A DNA stretch of 63,893 nucleotides, the filler included, from Acetivibrio sp. (GTDB taxonomy: Bacteria; Bacillota; Clostridia; Acetivibrionales; Acetivibrionaceae): assembly GCF_035371925.1 (NCBI RefSeq). It is 6 parts of 6 records of this genome, joined end to end, with 100 filler letters (N's around TTAATTAATTAA, not from the genome) between each part and the next. Parts side by side here need not be neighbours in the genome. Positions count along the whole stretch, not along the records: positions 53,761 to 63,893 come from NZ_DAORXT010000102.1; 5 more parts are not named here. One strand, written 5' to 3'. A program made the position numbers and the translations under genes. Shown here one piece after another: positions 61,831-63,893 of the stretch. How positions within the stretch are numbered: the stretch's first letter is position 1; each line of letters starts with the position of its first letter. The notes below the pieces were generated by a model, which was given only the letters and a program-made list of their open reading frames with translations, was not told the DNA's origin and made no database searches.

Positions 61831-62703
61831 TTAGTGGTCGATAAGGTGAGATTTCAAGCTAATTAAAGCATCTTTGGCTTCATTAATGTTTTGTTCGTCT
61901 ATGAGTCTATATATATATTCTATATTTTGAATAACTTCATTATTATTAAGAGTACTTTTGTTCTTGTAGAACTCATGGATGTTTTTTACGGCGAGGGTTA
62001 GAATTATAGTTACAAACAGGGAAATAAAAATATTTATTTTCAGTAAATATACATTTTGAGATGAAGTTATTGCGGCCGTTTCAAAGATTAACATTTTGGT
62101 CATGAGAAAAGAAAGAAAACCGATAGTAGACAGAGATATTAAATATACAATCAATTGAATATAATACACTTTTGTTTTTATGCTTGTATTATCCATATTT
62201 ACAATCTTAAACTTGAACCGGTAAAACAAAACTGCCAAAATTATCTGCAGCGAACGAATAATCAGGACAGACGTGGCAAAGTTTGAGGCATTATGATAAA
62301 ATTCCTTTTCACCGTCAATTTTAAGAATCAATGAAATAATAACGGAAAAAGGCATTTCAACAAGCAATATCAATGAGAAGGCGAGTACGGAGGCGGTTAC
62401 TGCTTCGTAAAATTTGAATTTTGCAATCAGTATCAATAATATGATGTCAAGAAATAATAACAATAGCGAAGCTTCGGAGCCAAGTCCGAATTTTTCGCGC
62501 AGGATATAGCTGATAGAAGTAGCAATAGAAGCTATTGCCAATATTCTAAAGTAATTGGAGCGAGTCTTAAAATAACTGTATTTGCCGATGGAAAAAAAAC
62601 CTAATAAAATAAAGATTATTTGTTCGGAAAAACTAACCAAAATATATTGAATTAGTGACATGTTTTGCATATACAACACTCTCCCGTATTTGTATTGATC
62701 CAC
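61831..62703 (-). CDS. AgrC-like membrane sensor domain without phospho-His or GHKL kinase domain
   Basis: About 6-7 TM helices followed by a ~45-aa cytoplasmic tail (IQNIEYIYRLIDEQNINEAKDAL). No H-box and no N/G boxes. Confidence 0.6.
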   Translation of the reverse strand: MDQYKYGRVLYMQNMSLIQYILVSFSEQIIFILLGFFSIGKYSYFKTRSNYFRILAIASIATSISYILREKFGLGSEASLLLLFLDIILLILIAKFKFYEAVTASVLAFSLILLVEMPFSVIISLILKIDGEKEFYHNASNFATSVLIIRSLQIILAVLFYRFKFKIVNMDNTSIKTKVYYIQLIVYLISLSTIGFLSFLMTKMLIFETAAITSSQNVYLLKINIFISLFVTIILTLAVKNIHEFYKNKSTLNNNEVIQNIEYIYRLIDEQNINEAKDALISLKSHLIDH

Positions 62704-62760
62704 AGAACAATTTGATATTAGGTAAATTATTTCTTAACATTTTTTACCCTACCAATAAAT

Positions 62761-63489
62761 CTATTTTGAATTTTTGACTTCGTTTACGATAGTATCTATC
62801 AGTAAATTTAAAGTATTTGCGCTTATATTCTTCTTTCGAGCCTCCACTGCAGCTTTAATGTATGGTATATTTTCTTCTGAGGAAAGAAAACTCTTAATCT
62901 CATCATTAAGCTTGCAAAAAGCTGCGAACTCTTTGTTAAAGGACTGGGAAGCTGCTTTTAAAACAGTTTCATTATATTTGGCTCGTTCCTTTTGAAGGCT
63001 TTCCTCCGTATTGAGTACATACCAAAAGTCCGGAGATACCTGGGCATATTTTGAAAGAATGTTTATCGTCCCGGGAAAAGGTTCAATATCTCCGTCTAGA
63101 TAACCTTTTATCTGGGAGGGTTTGATTTGATATCCCGTCTTTTCGTATATGTTATGGGAAAACTCTTCGATGGTCATATTCCCCATAATGAGCTTAATAT
63201 TTTTTACAAAAATATCATGATCGAATTTTTTTTGAATTTGAATATCCTCGCTCAAGTATCCTGCTGCTTTCAGGAGTTCTTCGTACGGATAGTTGTATGC
63301 CTTTGAAATCATCTTTAAAGTTTCGGGCTTTGGATTGGAATCCTTGCCTGTACGGGGATCAACTTCTCTTTCAAGGATACTTAAGTATGAGTAACTTATT
63401 CCCATTTTTTTTGCTGCCTGCCTTATTGACCACTTTTTACTTAACCTTATTTCTTTGAATAGCTTGCCTAAATTGCTCATATCATCCAT
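62761..63489 (-). CDS. XRE-family regulator with two HTH-like domains
   Basis: WSIRQAAKKMGISYSYLSILE...DPRTGK..PKPETL..IS; second unit MTIEEFS...IKPSQIKGYLDG..EP...INILS. Confidence 0.8.
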   Translation of the reverse strand: MDDMSNLGKLFKEIRLSKKWSIRQAAKKMGISYSYLSILEREVDPRTGKDSNPKPETLKMISKAYNYPYEELLKAAGYLSEDIQIQKKFDHDIFVKNIKLIMGNMTIEEFSHNIYEKTGYQIKPSQIKGYLDGDIEPFPGTINILSKYAQVSPDFWYVLNTEESLQKERAKYNETVLKAASQSFNKEFAAFCKLNDEIKSFLSSEENIPYIKAAVEARKKNISANTLNLLIDTIVNEVKNSK

Positions 63490-63817
63490 CCTATATCAAT
63501 CATAGTTTAAAAATTAAGTTGCTCTGTAAAATTGCAAGATAAATTTGGAAACCGGCAATAAAGTAAATTAAAATAAAATATCAATAAGATCATAATGAAA
63601 AATAAATATTTGTAAAAGTGAACAATAAATTATACTAAAATAATAAACTTCATAAATGATAAAATAGAAAAACAAAATATATTCTTATTTTAAAGGATTT
63701 TTAAAAGTATTTCAAAACAAATTTTCATAAATTAGGTTAAATATAAAATAATTAGTAGTAAATAAATGTAATTTGTATAGAACAGAAGAATTAATAATTA
63801 TTTTTTTAAACCAATTA

Positions 63818-63846
63818 TTGACATGAAAGTGAAAATAGTATAATAT
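63818..63846 (+). promoter_or_regulatory. Divergent sigmaA promoter pointing out of the window
   Basis: TTGACA (63818-23), 17-bp spacer, TAATAT (63841-46). Confidence 0.5.
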
Positions 63847-63893
63847 GATTGTCCCACAAAAAGCTAGAAAATATAAACAAATAGAGCAAAATA

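Noticed and set aside
1..63893. CRISPR array, rRNA, prophage or intact transposase
   Set aside because: No regularly spaced repeats, rRNA signatures, phage structural genes or transposase ORFs were seen.

Overview
This window is not one continuous locus. It is six ~10.6-kb assembly contigs joined by 100-nt artificial linkers (N44-TTAATTAATTAA-N44), apparently sorted by size, so gene adjacency across the linkers means nothing. Gene content (cellulosomal dockerin enzymes, sigI6-rsgI6, SLH proteins, sporulation genes) points to a cellulosome-producing Acetivibrio (Clostridium thermocellum/straminisolvens group); this is inference. Contig 1 holds a GtrA / GT-C / flavoprotein / CBM surface-glycosylation cluster and celO. 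Contig 2 is an accessory island with a decayed AbiE toxin-antitoxin pair, a yxlEFG-like ABC unit, a lectin-mosaic surface protein and an Erm(Q)-like methylase with an unannotated leader peptide and attenuator. Contig 3 holds a TPP-riboswitch thiamine-precursor ABC operon, sigI6-rsgI6(GH10) and a duplicated membrane-gene pair flanking a broken ECF sigma gene. Contig 4 holds accessory transferases, a Zn-finger restriction-like nuclease, potABCD and a GH9 fragment. Contig 5 holds tRNA-Glu plus gltX, nrdDG under tandem NrdR boxes and a cobalamin riboswitch, a split MetH and spore-coat genes. Contig 6 holds yaaL, bofA and a four-subunit PFOR operon. The best novelty candidate is also on contig 6: a co-oriented three-gene unit of a double-HTH XRE regulator, an AgrC-like membrane sensor with no kinase domain, and a 46-aa AgrD-type peptide (predicted ring CFFFF) that the ORF track missed.
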